Shown piece after piece: positions 37,516-51,620 of a stretch of DNA of 64,000 bases (its first letter is position 1; every line of letters starts with the position of its first letter). Where the stretch lies: positions 34,764,995 to 34,828,994 of the forward strand of contig NC_068983.1 of assembly GCF_001194135.2 (NCBI RefSeq). Direction: 5' to 3'. The DNA is from Octopus bimaculoides. Lineage: Eukaryota. The notes beneath the pieces were generated by a model, which ran no database searches, was not told where the DNA came from, and worked only from the letters and a program-made list of their open reading frames with translations. The position numbers were made by a program, and so were the translations under genes.

Positions 37516-40500
37516 TAATTGTGCGAGTGTGCGTGTGGGCATACTGCACATATTATTCAGAAAGCCTTCCATTATCCTCTGACTACCGCCGTTCTGTATC
37601 TAACAACATCAAACATGATAATACAATCTTCATAATTGAGTAACTTACAATGCATCTAAATGGGCCTGCAGCATACATAATGTAGGAATGATACTGTATA
37701 ATAGAAGCAATCAACAACAGTCGAAGAACATTATGATAACAGAATGTTTCGATCTGTACGTTTCGCTGCTTCATAAAATTCACTTAATCCATACACATTG
37801 GATTGTTACTTTTGAAAAATCTACTACTTCAAAAATTACAATGTCCAACTTCATAGCTAAATCAGAAGCAGTATTTTGTAGTTACCTCAATCCAAATCGT
37901 TGCGATATTGCTAATTTTCAAACGGATGATATTCTATAAAGGCAAATGTGGGCGGTAAATATAGACATAGGGTTACCATGTGATCTAGGAGGCAAGAGTA
38001 TACGGTTGACAAGAGATGGCAGATGACCGCACTAAATTAACCTGATATATGCAGTTAAAGAGTTTGGAAGTCCAGAATAAATTGTAGGAAGTATAGCAGA
38101 TGTAAATGAAGGAGGCAGAGTATTTATAAGCGAGAGCTGGATTTCTGTTAATGTAATCTGTCTTTGTCAGCCAGCTTAATTATTTTCTTTGAAATGCTGT
38201 CAAAATGCATTTTGATAAATGTAGATCCAGAACTATGGTATCAGATATGGTATCAATGTTGCATTATTAATTTTATTTAATATTTGCAGAAAGTTCGCAA
38301 AAGTTAAGATCTGAACTGATTTTTTCTGAATCTGGTGACAGATGCTATTCTATACAGCGCATTTTTAGTTTACGTTATGTATACGGAGTCACGGGACAAA
38401 ATTAGTAGAGGTTGTAAAGTCTGACATTTGTTTAAATTTATAGGGCTTCCATTTCTTGCTGTCGAATATTTGAGAGCATGAAACACAAGATCGTTTCCTT
38501 GGAATGAGCAGGAATTGTGTATTTGTACTATTGAAAGAAATACAATTGTCATGACCCTATTAGAAAATGTTTCTTATGTCTCTTTTCACCTAATCATTTG
38601 CAATGGATGATTGAGATTCTATACTCATGGCCCATGTATACAGCAAGTAAGAGAATTAAGGCTTGTCTAAATCACCTAAAGGTAAATATTGTCATAGCTG
38701 GTAGAAAGTAAGCTGCTAATATTCAGGGCTAGCAGAGAAGGCGAAACAGACTAATTTGGGTCCCGCTAGGGTTGATAGAGTATGTAGACATCGGCAAATT
38801 CGGATAAAAAGATTCTAACCAAAGAGATGTGAAGTTGAGGAAGCTCTTGGGTAAGCTTACATTTTGATGAATATCACCAGAGACATAGCGGTCGATCAAA
38901 CCGAATAGATGTAGATGATTGAGTAAAAATATTAGAGTATATTATTGTGAGCGATATTTTTTCAATCATGTTTCCAATTTCGGAAGTAAAACCAATAATT
39001 TAGAATTAAAAATTCAGAGAGGCTACATTGTAGAACATTCCCGAAGATAAATATTTCACTTCCTTTGAGACAGAAGTAGCAAATATCTCTTGCATATCTC
39101 TTGAATTCAAGGATTGAGAGTAATTGACGGGACATTTTGAGTACTCTCTCGATTTGAAATGTTAGAGAAATGCGGACGTGAGGTGTGAGTTTGTGTGATG
39201 TTGAACCCTGACGAGTGAAGAATAAAAGCTTTTAAGTACTGTGGAATTGGACATGAAAATGCAAAATGATTTCCCATTGGAGTTTTACTTTCAGGTCCAT
39301 CTCAATTAAGAAACGGTGTGTATGAAGATTCTGCAGAGCTGGTAGAGATCTAGTTCTTAGTAGTTCTGAAGGACAAGCTGAAATTTAGGAAGCAAGGACG
39401 TATTTAGAATGTGATATATATGTCCATTCAATGAAAAATATCTACAAAAATATTGGGATTGATTTATCAACTATACTCCAACGATCAAAAATTGAACTGA
39501 TGAATTAATGAAAACAAATCGATATTATTACAAGCAAGATTATCAGCACAGAATCAGAGATAAGATAAGCTCTCATCGATCTGAGAAAACAATGTTAACT
39601 ACAACCTTATTTGATGTTCTTTCCATTCTTTCTATTTAAGCAGACAAAGATGGGAACGTCTAGCTTTCCATTCCTTTGTTGTAAAATTCGGGGTTGTCTT
39701 CATCGTCAATAAAATCTATTAATGTAAATATGGCAGACACATGAACACTGTATTAATTTCTTACCTCTTTGTTTCTGCTTCAGCTATGGACATTTCATTT
39801 AATATAAGAAATAAAAAAAGAAAATTGGTTTTCCAGAAATTTGTTGGTATGAAACAGTCAATAATTGACTATTAGGTATTAGGAGGACAAGTGTGATTTA
39901 CTGCAGTAAATCGAAACTGAATTATAGATACGTCTTCGATTCCAATTTTACTTTCCAGCTGCTGGAAATACCTAGGTCTAATTTGTTATTATGATTTATT
40001 TAACAGCTGTTTTCAGTAGCATTACGAATAAAGTGATCAAAATGTCATTGGACTGGGATGTTAAATATTTCCATCTGGTGTAGATTATTACGAGAGTCTG
40101 GTATTTATTCCAAGGCAATTTCTAATTCTTTTCTAGAAGCTGGATATAAGAATCTTGTCTCGTGGAGTATAGCCAATTAAATTTTTTGGTCGCGGCAAGC
40201 GAAGCATTTATTTACTAAAGGATGTACAAGAATGAGACAAACAAATATAAACATCTAATTGTTTATTGACAAGGCCATAGTTTCTTACTCAAGCGATGTT
40301 GGGAATTTTATCACCTTCACAACTTGGTTAGTACTTTTATCGGTCTGCCAAAGAGGAAACAGTAAGAGGCGGCTTCGGTGGAATATATTACCAAATTATA
40401 ATCAAAGTAATTAAAAATCACATCAACACATCATTTCGTATTTTGTCAATCCTACAACCAGATTGATGATCATAAACGTATAATTCCAATAACAGACATG

Positions 40501-40870
40501 ACATACCAGCTGCAGTAACCATTAATGACTCTCATCTCATGACATTGAGTAGTGTTTAGGACTTGCTCCACGTATATTTATATGTCTATGTACATCCGTA
40601 CATTATGCATATACATATATATGTGTATATTCCTGAAGGCACTCGCACGTGCGTGTGTGTGTGAGTTGTATGTGTGTATGAATGTTCTCTTAAGTTTTGA
40701 ATTATTTGAAGTTTTCTCGCCAGGAAGGAGCTATGTGTGTATATTACTTAAAACGTTTATTCCAAGAAAAATAAAGAGACTCCGTACTGATTGGATCACA
40801 GAGCGATCACATGACAATTATGCGTTAATGTATATAGCGTATATAGGTTCCGTCAAAATGGTGAAGTATT

Positions 40871-42040
40871 TCAATCACGTTTCGCGGTTCACTACCACAA
40901 CAGCTCTTTTATAGGATCCAGTAGCTAAGCTCATCATCCAAAGGAACTACGTCCGGTTTCGGCCCCTATTTCTCTACCGTTTTCGACGTGGCGGAGCTCT
41001 CACTTTCGGAGGTGTCGTCAGCTCTGGTGTTGAGTGCGTTTTTATTTTTTATTTGGCTTTTTGTTCTTTGGTTTCTTCGATGCAGCGCCAAAGAATGCCA
41101 GCGGGCGAATGACCAGCCTGGCAAATTGCTCTCTAAATACTTGCCGGTAAGCTCCAGCAGCCAGCAGAAGCTAACTGTCACGTGACACAATCTAAGCTTC
41201 AACTGACGAATGGAGGAAAAAGAGCACGTAGTTGTGGCCCGCGCCCTCTCTAGACCTACCTTCCAACAGAGTCGTGTTAGTTTCAGTCCAGCAGCCAGAG
41301 CCGACTAGTTGTCTTATGGTACAATCCTTCGAACTATCGGGCGGGGGTCACAATGAACGAGATAGTTCCCTCAGTTCCAATCAAGCAGCAATGCTGTTTA
41401 AGTGCCAGCAAGCGTCACTAGCGATGCTATTTCCCAGTCGGCATATTACGGCTTTCGAGCCATTTCGGGTCTTCTGATTTTAGCCATATATAGAAGCTGG
41501 CTTTGTCGTCTGCCTCCTGTATCCTCATTACTTTTCCCATCTCTGAGTTCGAAAATACAAACCTTCTCCTAAATAACGTTACCATTTTCTTTTCAATGAA
41601 GGCTCTAGCCCCCATTGCCAGATGGTAATACTCGACCGCCCGCCCCTTTTCTCCACACTCTTCGATTAATCTCTCATACCTCCTCTCCTTCCGTTGCTCT
41701 GCATTAGCGATGTTTTCTTCCCATGGTACTGTCAGCTCTACCAAAATTCAAATTTTTCGTTCTGTGTTCCATAGGATGGAGTCCGGTTTTTTCGTTGTAT
41801 TTATGAGTGGAAATATTAAGTCTTTCCAAAGCCGCGTCCCAGTATCCCTTCCATATTTCGTATGTCTCGTATATTTTTTTGAAAGCCTGGTTTTAATGAC
41901 GCATTGTTTTCTCCTTTTAAATTATAAATATTTCTTTTCTGATATATTTCGTTAATGGTTCTCATAGCTGCCTGACACAAAGTCATCGCAGATCGGTTAG
42001 AGATATAATCAAAAGGTTCCCCGCCAAATTTCACTCCTAT
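40871..42040 (-). mobile_element. HERO/R2-like (RLE-type) non-LTR retrotransposon 3' end with long 3' UTR
   Basis: ORF 41427-41744 VELTVPWEENIANAEQRKERRYERLIEEC...MGARAF...KASFYIWLK is a HERO-type RLE C-terminus. The 3' UTR matches 51385-51620. Confidence 0.85.
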
Positions 42041-42379
42041 TGTTCGGTATATAATTTCTCTAGAAATATAATAAATAAACCATGTTTTTTTTTATATCTT
42101 AAAGTATAAGGTAAGATTTTACGGAAATTTGGTTACTATTTCAAGAAGATCGAGCAGTTGGGATCTCTTTTGCATGATCACTGCTTGTTACTTTTTGTTG
42201 TGGCTTTATGCAAGAAGTGGGTGACGTTTCAAACGACTCAATACAATATCATTTTGCTTTGAGTCTAGCTCCAAACAAAAACTCTTGCGAAAGAACGAAA
42301 ACATTATATGAATTTCTTTTAAAAATGAGTTTATATATATATATGTGTGGGGGTGTTTGTATGTGTGTTTCCATGTGTG

Positions 42380-42410
<31 letters not shown>

Positions 42411-43503
42411 GTATATATATANNNNNNNNNNNNNNNNNNNNNNNNNNNNNNNNNNNNNNNNNNNNNNNNNNNNNNNNNNNNNNNNNNNNNNNNNNNNNNN
42501 NNNNNNNNNNNNNNNNNNNNNNNNNNNNNNNNNNNNNNNNNNNNNNNNNNNNNNNNNNNNNNNNNNNNNNNNNNNNNNNNNNNNNNNNNNNNNNNNNNNN
42601 NNNNNNNNNNNNNNNNNNNNNNNNNNNNNNNNNNNNNNNNNNNNNNNNNNNNNNNNNNNNNNNNNNNNNNNNNNNNNNNNNNNNNNNNNNNNNNNNNNNN
42701 NNNNNNNNNNNNNNNNNNNNNNNNNNNNNNNNNNNNNNNNNNNNNNNNNNNNNNNNNNNNNNNNNNNNNNNNNNNNNNNNNNNNNNNNNNNNNNNNNNNN
42801 NNNNNNNNNNNNNNNNNNNNNNNNNNNNNNNNNNNNNNNNNNNNNNNNNNNNNNNNNNNNNNNNNNNNNNNNNNNNNNNNNNNNNNNNNNNNNNNNNNNN
42901 NNNNNNNNNNNNNNNNNNNNNNNNNNNNNNNNNNNNNNNNNNNNNNNNNNNNNNNNNNNNNNNNNNNNNNNNNNNNNNNNNNNNNNNNNNNNNNNNNNNN
43001 NNNNNNNNNNNNNNNNNNNNNNNNNNNNNNNNNNNNNNNNNNNNNNNNNNNNNNNNNNNNNNNNNNNNNNNNNNNNNNNNNNNNNNNNNNNNNNNNNNNN
43101 NNNNNNNNNNNNNNNNNNNNNNNNNNNNNNNNNNNNNNNNNNNNNNNNNNNNNNNNNNNNNNNNNNNNNNNNNNNNNNNNNNNNNNNNNNNNNNNNNNNN
43201 NNNNNNNNNNNNNNNNNNNNNNNNNNNNNNNNNNNNNNNNNNNNNNNNNNNNNNATATATATGCATTCATGTATGTGTGTGTGAGGCTATGTGTACAAAT
43301 TATACTCGCCATGAAATTAATATCTAACATCTTAATTAACAATCGTACATTAGAATATTGTAAATGCATACATACGCACGCATACACATAATTCTGTGTT
43401 TGTGTGTAAATATATATGCGCTTGTGTATATGTATACACACATACATCTAAATATGTATATAAAGTATATACACACACATCTCTGACCCTCTCCCTCTTT
43501 CTT

Positions 43504-43543
<40 letters not shown>

Positions 43544-43970
43544 GTCCTCCATTTTTTCTAGAAAATATGAAATAATCTTAAATGTAATATTGAAATAATA
43601 AGATGTCCTGGAAGCAAAATGTCATGGTCGAAAATTGTTAACGTGGTTCATCACAAATTTCCTTTGCTACATTTCAGAATTTTTATTTATTTTTCAGGGC
43701 GTGGTTGCATATTTTCTAACAGAAAATCCAACTTAACTGTGAACATTTAAAATACTTTCTCTACAAATCTTCCGAATGTTTTATATAGCACTACAATATT
43801 GTTTACATATTTTAATATACATGTCTCCAGTAATTAAACTTTCTTAAGTTTATAATATAACTACAACGCCATATATTTTGGTACAGGGTATCGTAAGTGA
43901 TATCGGTTCTAACATAGGCCCAGAAGGATTATACAAGATTTGATTTCAGAACGATTTGTTTGGGCACTAG

Positions 43971-44166
43971 AGTTCTATATTTAAGAGATGAGGAATTATG
44001 TATATTATTTACATTATTTATTTTCAATGGATATTTATCCTCATCTTGTTTGTTGTTAACACAACGTTTCGGCTCATATACCTTCCAGCCTTCATTAGGT
44101 GTCTTGGCGAAATTTCGAACCTGGGTTCTCATTCCAAAGGTATTTTTCAATGTTATTATTATTATG

Positions 44167-44221
<55 letters not shown>
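43971..44221 (-). mobile_element. tRNA-Arg/(AAT)n/hammerhead-tail family, headless inverted copy (locus 2a)
   Basis: Tail end AGTTCTATATTTAAGAG at 43971; hammerhead region 44058-44103 with core CTAATGA (mutated) and intact GAAACGTT. Confidence 0.85.
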
Positions 44222-44540
<319 letters not shown>

Positions 44541-44894
44541 GATTTGTTTAGGATTTTTGATATGTAATTTTTCATTACCATGACATAAGACCGGGAATTG
44601 AGCGAGAAATATTCTCCATACCATCATTGTGAATGGTAAACTTGACTTCGGTATCAATTAAGCTGGCGCGTAGATGTAAATGAATAAATTGAGGGCAGAC
44701 TTGCTACACTGGAAGTCTTCCCGTTAAAGTTTTAATGCGAACCGCAAGGTGTTGAAAACTGACATGAAGATCGTGTCATAGCCGACATTTATTCACACGA
44801 CCTGGACTTTTAGAAATAATTGCGTCATGTCACACTATGATGTCAATTCTTCATCAGTTATATTTTCTCAGTAGCACCAACTCACACACACACC

Positions 44895-44942
<48 letters not shown>

Positions 44943-45182
44943 TTCGTCGATCGTTTCAGTACGTCCACTCTAGTGTCGTTTCTTCGTCCGAAGCCCTGTC
45001 AACAAATTTTATATTTTAACAATTTCTGGATGCTGCCCTCGTATGAAATTTTCCTGTCTTGTCGATAAAAACACAAAACAGTTAGTAATAAACAGTCAAC
45101 AACTGAAAAGGAGTCAGACTTCTTTTGGTATTTTGTGCCGTACTTGTCTCACAATGTGTATTAACATATTTTTCTCTTGTTG

Positions 45183-46473
45183 GGGATCTTTTCCTTTTGG
45201 ACTGCACATTGAGAAATTAATTTTTTGTAACGAAACACTTTCAAACTTCGGACACTGGTAGAATGTGTCATATAAAACATCATTTACTCTTAGTATTGTT
45301 GAGAAAAGTTTATATTTTTAAGGTTATTTCATGTTAAAGTTGTCGTATTCCGGTAATTTCAACCAATCAATGAAGTGTATTCAGCTTAATAAAATTACTG
45401 CCGTTGTTTGCCAAAAACAGCTATCGGCGGTGTATATTTCGTTTGTCACTGTTATTTATGACATCGTTCGTGCGTTTCCACTGGTTTTAGGATTAGGGTT
45501 AGGGCTTTAGAGTTAGGGTTGCTGTTGGCACTCTGTCGCTTACGACGTCGACGGCTCCAGTTGAACCGATCAACAGAACAGCCTGCTCGTGTGAAGTTAA
45601 CGTGCAAGTGGCTGAGCACTCCACAGACACGTGTACCCTTAACGTAGTTCTCGGGGATATTCAGCGTGACACAGTGTGACAAGGCTAACCCTTTGAAATA
45701 CAGGCACAACAGAAACAGGAAGTAAGGGTGAGAGAAAGTGGTGGTGGAAGAGTACAGCAGGGTTCCCCACCATCCCCTGCCGGAGCCTCGTGGAACTTGA
45801 GGTGTTTTCGCTCAATAAACACTCACAACGCCCGGTCTGGGAATCGAAACCGCGATCCTATGACCGCGAGTCCGCTGCCCTAACCACTGGGCCATTGCAC
45901 CTCCAACGAGTTAGGGTTAGGGTTAGGATTTTAGGGTTAGGGTTTTAGGGTTAGGGTTGGGGTTTTAGGGTTAGGGTTAGGGTTAGGATTTTGGGGTTAG
46001 AGTTGCGGACAAATGTGAAAAATGAAGAAATTGGAGGGGGAGGGGGAAAATGTTTTTCCGAAAATAGAAGCTGAAAAACAGGGGAAAAAATAATAAAAGC
46101 AGTAGAAATGCACGAACGATTGTGGTGGTGCCATGAAGTAAACATGCTACAGATACACTCGTTTATTCATACAAACGTAACTGAGATGAAATATGTCATA
46201 AATAACAGTGAAACCGAAATATGCACCGCCGGAAGTTGTTGTTGACAAACAACAGCAATAATTGTTTTCACCTCAATAGACGTCATTGATTGGTTGAAAT
46301 TACCGAAATACGACAACTTTAACACGAAATAACTTCGAAACTACACAATTTTCTCAAAAACGCCAAGAGTAAACGATGTTTTATGTGACACATTCTACCA
46401 GTATACGAATTTTGAAAGTATTTAGTTACAAAAAATTATTTTTTAAATGTGCCGACCAAAGGGAAAAGTTCCC
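45183..46473. mobile_element. Unclassified non-autonomous DNA transposon with about 280-bp TIRs and internal (TTAGGG)n
   Basis: 45183-45464 and 46193-46473 are inverted homologues starting GGGATCTTTTCC / GGGAACTTTTCC. TTGTTG flanks both ends (45177-45182, 46474-46479). Degenerate TTAGGG tract at about 45485-45520 and 45910-46005, split by a SINE. Confidence 0.8.
45530..45905 (-). mobile_element. tRNA-derived SINE nested in the TTAGGG tract
   Basis: Minus strand TGGAGGTGCAATGGCCCAGTGGTTAGGGCAGCGGACTCGCGGTCATAGGATCGCGGTTTCGATTCCC; homologous along its length to 55265-55624. Confidence 0.9.
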
Positions 46474-47699
46474 TTGTTGGTGATGTCCTGTACCTTATGT
46501 GTATTTTTCATTTTTATTTAATAATTGAACGCCACGCAGCCTTTGGCAATACACACACACGTGTATTATAAAATCAAAAACAATGAGATGCAACTCGGAA
46601 ATTTGTCAGTGAACAGTTCGCGGTCTCAAAGCTACGAAAATATTTTGGCAAATGAAATTTGAATGCTGACGTGAATCTAACGGTTTTTGCGTGTTTCTTA
46701 AATGTCTTATAAACACCTTCCACGCTGCAAATGAGTAAGTCATATCATGTATATTTATGTAAAAAGCTTGTTCTTAAAGCATTGATTAGGTGCCACTTAT
46801 TCATCCAATAATAATGATTATCATTATTATTATTATGATAATAACAATCATATTAAATGAATTAATAAATAAAATATGACTTTCAAAATAATAAAATTTG
46901 AAACTGAAAGAAGAATTCGGCACAGTTCCATCCAGTGCTTAGAATTATATCACTCACTTGGGTATTATGCGGAATGTAAATACAAAGTTTTGCAGCGATT
47001 GTATTATTCAAATTTTTATTATATCGTTGTTTTTATATTATTTTCTAATATAAGACGGTGAATACCATCCAAATCAATAACCTCCACATGGTACGCGTTC
47101 TAATGGGAAGTACAGAATATTTGATATTGTGAACTTTTGGTGAACTTTGAATCATTGTGCTAACCTCTCCAACTGACGTTAGACGAAAATCAGAGAAATT
47201 ATTAAATATGTCGCTGTTTCCGTTACTAGTATATCTACTGCTATTGTTCTCGCGATACTTTTTCGTCTTTCTCTTCATAGATTTATCACAGCATGTAATA
47301 GAAACACTTGGCAATTATACGCACATTATCTCTTCCAACTACACCAGTCATTTTCTACACATATGTTTCTTAGCCGGAAGGATGAGTTAGTGTCACTAAC
47401 GAAATCGTTCTGTTATTAAATATTTTAGATCACTTGCTACCATTTGGTGTTTATCTCCTCTGTTGTTGGTCAGTTCGTATGTCTGCATGTTGTTTATTAC
47501 TCGGTCTTGAATTAAGAGGAGTGGTTTATCATCAGTGACGAAACAACCACACTAATTACCTTCTAAGTTCTGAGTTCCAATCTCAGCATAGTCTCAGTTT
47601 TCTTTCGCTCGTATGATGATTTCTTCTTTAGCTGCAAATCGTCTCAGAATCGGATCTATTTTAAAACGGGGGTGCCAGTTTTCACTTATGTTTTATGTA

Positions 47700-47995
47700 G
47701 TGTTTTTGGTACGGAAAGACTTTCAAACTTCGTATACTTATCTATTTTGTGTTATAGAACAGAAAAATATTTTTGTATTCGAATTTATTTCATGTAAAAA
47801 ATTGTCTTATTTCGATAATTTCTACTAATCACTGACGTCTATTCAGTTGAAAACAGTTAGCGCTGTAACGGTGTATATCGTATTAATCCCCTAACCCTAA
47901 CCCTAACCCTAACCCTAACCCTAACTAGACTGTTAACCGTAACCCTAACCCTAACCCTAACCCTAAAACTAATCCTAACTCTAGAATCCGAACTC
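47700..47995. mobile_element. Partial TIR of a related element followed by (CCCTAA)n
   Basis: ACTTTCAAACTTCGTATACT...ATTTCATGT...TGACGTCTATTCAG resembles the 45183 TIR; (CCCTAA)n at about 47890-47990; assembly gap from 48060. Confidence 0.55.
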
Positions 47996-48626
47996 TAAAA
48001 TTGTTACACACATAGATAGGCACAGCGTAATTTATTATATAAACAATATATGCGTATAANNNNNNNNNNNNNNNNNNNNNNNNNNNNNNNNNNNNNNNNN
48101 NNNNNNNNNNNNNNNNNNNNNNNNNNNNNNNNNNNNNNNNNNNNNNNNNNNNNNNNNNNNNNNNNNNNNNNNNNNNNNNNNNNNNNNNNNNNNNNNNNNN
48201 NNNNNNNNNNNNNNNNNNNNNNNNNNNNNNNNNNNNNNNNNNNNNNNNNNNNNNNNNNNNNNNNNNNNNNNNNNNNNNNNNNNNNNNNNNNNNNNNNNNN
48301 NNNNNNNNNNNNNNNNNNNNNNNNNNNNNNNNNNNNNNNNNNNNNNNNNNNNNNNNNNNNNNNNNNNNNNNNNNNNNNNNNNNNNNNNNNNNNNNNNNNN
48401 NNNNNNNNNNNNNNNNNNNNNNNNNNNNNNNNNNNNNNNNNNNNNNNNNNNNNNNNNNNNNNNNNNNNNNNNNNNNNNNNNNNNNNNNNNNNNNNNNNNN
48501 NNNNNNNNNNNNNNNNNNNNNNNNNNNNNNNNNNNNNNNNNNNNNNNNNNNNNNNNNNNNNNNNNNNNNNNNNNNNNNNNNNNNNNNNNNNNNNNNNNNN
48601 NNNNNNNNNNNNNNNNNNNNNNNNNN

Positions 48627-48671
<45 letters not shown>

Positions 48672-49204
48672 GAGGTGCTTTGGTGACCGCAAGATGGAAC
48701 ACACCCACAGATCAATGGACAATGGGAAAGGGAATCACCTAGGGTTTTGCCCTTAAAACGAGGCTTTCACACCTCCATATTTTAAAGAGGTCTCAGGTCA
48801 GCAATGTTCGGGGGCTGAAGACACGCCGTAAGACTAAACCCCTTATGAGCGAGAAACCCAGGGTAATCCCATAAACCGGCCTAACCCACTATAATGTGTG
48901 TGTGTTTGTGTGTGTAACTATAACGGCTGGCTTCTCATACCTGCCTATTCCATTTTTCTGCCTTTGATCATGTAAATGAACAGGAATTGATCTTTTATCC
49001 AGAATATATACTCATGTGTCCATAAAAAAAATCTCTAGCTGCAAAAAGCTAGCAATATTCCAAATAGGGAAAGGAAAGAAAGTGGAACAATCGAAATTTC
49101 TTACTTATTGGCTTAAATGTTTACAAAGGGGCCATTATTAATATTTACTCCAGTCATGAATATTTCGGCGATATTTCGAATTGATGAATATTATAGGTTA
49201 GCAA

Positions 49205-49610
49205 GGCGACGAGCTGACAGACTCGTTAGCAGGCGCCGGGCGAAATGCTTAGTGGTATTTCGTCTGTCTTTATGTCCTGAGTTCAGATTCTGCCGAGGTC
49301 GACTTTGCCTTTCATCTTTTCGGGGTCGATAAATTAAGTACCAGTTGCGTACTGGGGTCGATCTAATCGACTGGCCCCCTCCCCCAGATTTTCAGGCCTT
49401 TTGCCTAGAGTAGAAGAAAAAATTTAAGGTTAGCTAGGGCAGCGAGCTGGCAGGATCCTTAGAATGCCAGGTAAAAATTCTTAGCGGTATTTCAACTGTC
49501 TTTACGTTCCGAGTTCAAATTCCACCTTTCATCATTTCAGTATAGGTAAAATAAGTAGTAGTTGAGCACTGGGGCTGATGTAATCAGCTACCCACTTCCT
49601 AAAATTATTT
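49205..49610 (+). mobile_element. Two tandem copies of an abundant tRNA-derived SINE (49205-49423 young; 49438-49610 older)
   Basis: GGCGACGAGCTGACAG...GAGTTCAGATTC...GCCGAGGTCGACTTTGCCTTTCATCTTTTCGGGGTCGATAAATTAAGTACCAG...GCCTAGAGTAGAAGAAAA. Confidence 0.85.
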
Positions 49611-50149
49611 GAAACCAAAATTACTGTTTAGCAGCATTTGAATCTGTCTATTCGCACATGCACTACAGAAGTTATTTGTTGAAAATAAATTAATTGCTAG
49701 ATGAAAGGAAACAGATTTTTTTATATATTATACGCTGTGTGGAGTGTTTGTGAATTACATTAACTACAGTACATCTCTAGTGCGTTATCGATCCCCAAAG
49801 GGTGAATGTTGAAGTTGACTTCGGTGATTTTAAATTACAGCCAGCACAAATACAACAAGGTACTTTCTCACACGATTCTACCAATCGATCTCCCAATAGA
49901 TAAGAGTTTCTGATTCAGGTGCAATACCAGCGATTTTGACTGGGACTTTTCTATTATCAACTCCGAAAGTGTGAAAGACAAAACTGACCGTGTTGAGATT
50001 TGATCTCAGAACGCAAAATACAAGAAGATATGCAAGAAAGGATTTTTCCGACGCTATAACGATTTTTTCACCCTTCGTCCTATGGATTAAAAAAGTAAAT
50101 AAAGGGGAATATTAAACAGAATAACAACACTAGGGAACATTTCAGTTGT

Positions 50150-51300
50150 TTTGCTTTTACAATTAGTCCTACCTAATATGATGGTGCTGGGTTCAGAAAT
50201 GCCCTCAGAAATTTTCTACCACGTTTTTTTCTGTTAAACAGGAATCCATTTTTTTACCAACAAATATCAATTTTCCGACTAAATGCAACCCTGAAATAAA
50301 ACACTAACACAAACTAAATATTACTTTTATTATTTAGCAGATATACAACAAAATGTTTAATTACAAATTTTAGAATGGATATTGTCAAACTGGAATTCCA
50401 GTTACTCAAGGAATGAACTTCCTCTTTCCTGCTTAATGTGAATAAATTGCATCATGGCAGTCTCTTCACAGTGACCTGCAATGGACAGCATCATATTGGT
50501 GTTCCATCTACCTTGATATCTAGTCTCTATGTTATCCATGCCTTAGTGGAATCTTCTTCCTTGCTCATCATTTATTGTAATATGATTTTGAAGGACGTAG
50601 TCCAGGTGACTATGCAGGAAATATACATTTACACTCATGTAAAGCCCTGTCCTTGTAAACTGGTTCTATGGTTTGCACACGTTCTTTATGATTTGGTGGC
50701 TTTTTTGTTTCCCAGGAAATCAGACACAACTGCAGCAAAAGCAGCCTATGCTTTTGTTTTCAATACGGGACAGTCTCCAAAAGTTGCTAGTCCTGCAATA
50801 GCCACTGAATACACGACCTGTCAAAGACGCCAACCTTAATTTTCTCACAGGACAAAACTAAAACCTTTCTGCTTACGTATTTGAAGCAGTCACTGTCTCA
50901 GTGTTTCTACACGTTTTGTACACTATATGCAGTGCCCATACTTTTTCTTGCCACACAGTATCATGCTAAAGTAAGGTAAGCTTTCTTCACAAAGTCTGCG
51001 ATTTCATATCACTGTCTAAGTGTAACATCCACAAATATAACAGAAGATGTCAAGGCCTTATTTCTAAAATACAAAACATATTGAAGCCAGTTGTCATCTG
51101 GGAAAAGCATTTTCAGAATTGTCAAGTTACAAAGTAAGTAAATGCAGATTTGTGATGGCAAAGTTCCATAAACTATATACATACCATGAAGTTCTTTCCA
51201 CAGATATTTGACCATACTTGACGAAAAGTGACCCGTGTGAACTCAAAATTAAAACATTAACGGCACCCACGAAATAATCTTCATAAGAAACAGTTAAAAG
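50150..51300 (-). mobile_element. Chapaev3-like (CMC) DNA transposase C-terminal remnant
   Basis: Minus strand AAFAAVVSDFLGNKK...YFLHSHLDYV...DEQGRRFH...ETRYQGRWNTNMM matches the FLGN / FLHSHLD / EQGERFHQD / RYQGRW signature. Family name is recalled, not searched. Confidence 0.7.
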
Positions 51301-51384
51301 TTCTACAATATGTGGTTTTCACTGATAGTCACACTAAATGAAGTAGAGTGTGGGCATATCTGCAAACAAATTCCACAAATATGA

Positions 51385-51620
51385 GTGTCGGACGCTGACA
51401 CTCGTTGATGCTGCATCGAAGAGGCCAGGGAATAGAAGAAAGAAGACATGCACCCAACACCAGAGCTGAAGACACCTCCGAAAGAGGGGGCCCCACCACG
51501 TCAAAACGGTAGAGGAGTAGGGGCCGAAACCGGACGTGGTTCCTCCTGATGATGTCTTGAGCTAACTGGATCCTATAAAGGAGCTGTTGTGGTAGCAGAC
51601 CACGAAACATGACTTAAATT
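51385..51620 (+). mobile_element. 5'-truncated copy of the HERO-like element 3' tail
   Basis: Aligns with the reverse complement of 40871-41110 (CTGCATCGAAG, CACCAGAGCTGA.GACACCTCCGAAAG, GGGGCCGAAACCGGACGT, TGGATCCTATAAA.GAGCTGTTGTGGTAG). Confidence 0.85.

Noticed and set aside
45485-47990. (TTAGGG)n followed by (CCCTAA)n as an ancient telomere fusion
   Set aside because: Each tract lies inside or next to a TIR of a related transposon family and the tracts are 1.9 kb apart, so they are element-borne.
51540-51612. CTGATGA...GAAAC in the HERO-like tail as a hammerhead
   Set aside because: No consistent stem I, no NUH triplet (GAAACATG / GAAACGTG), and the core is not conserved in the 40871 copy.
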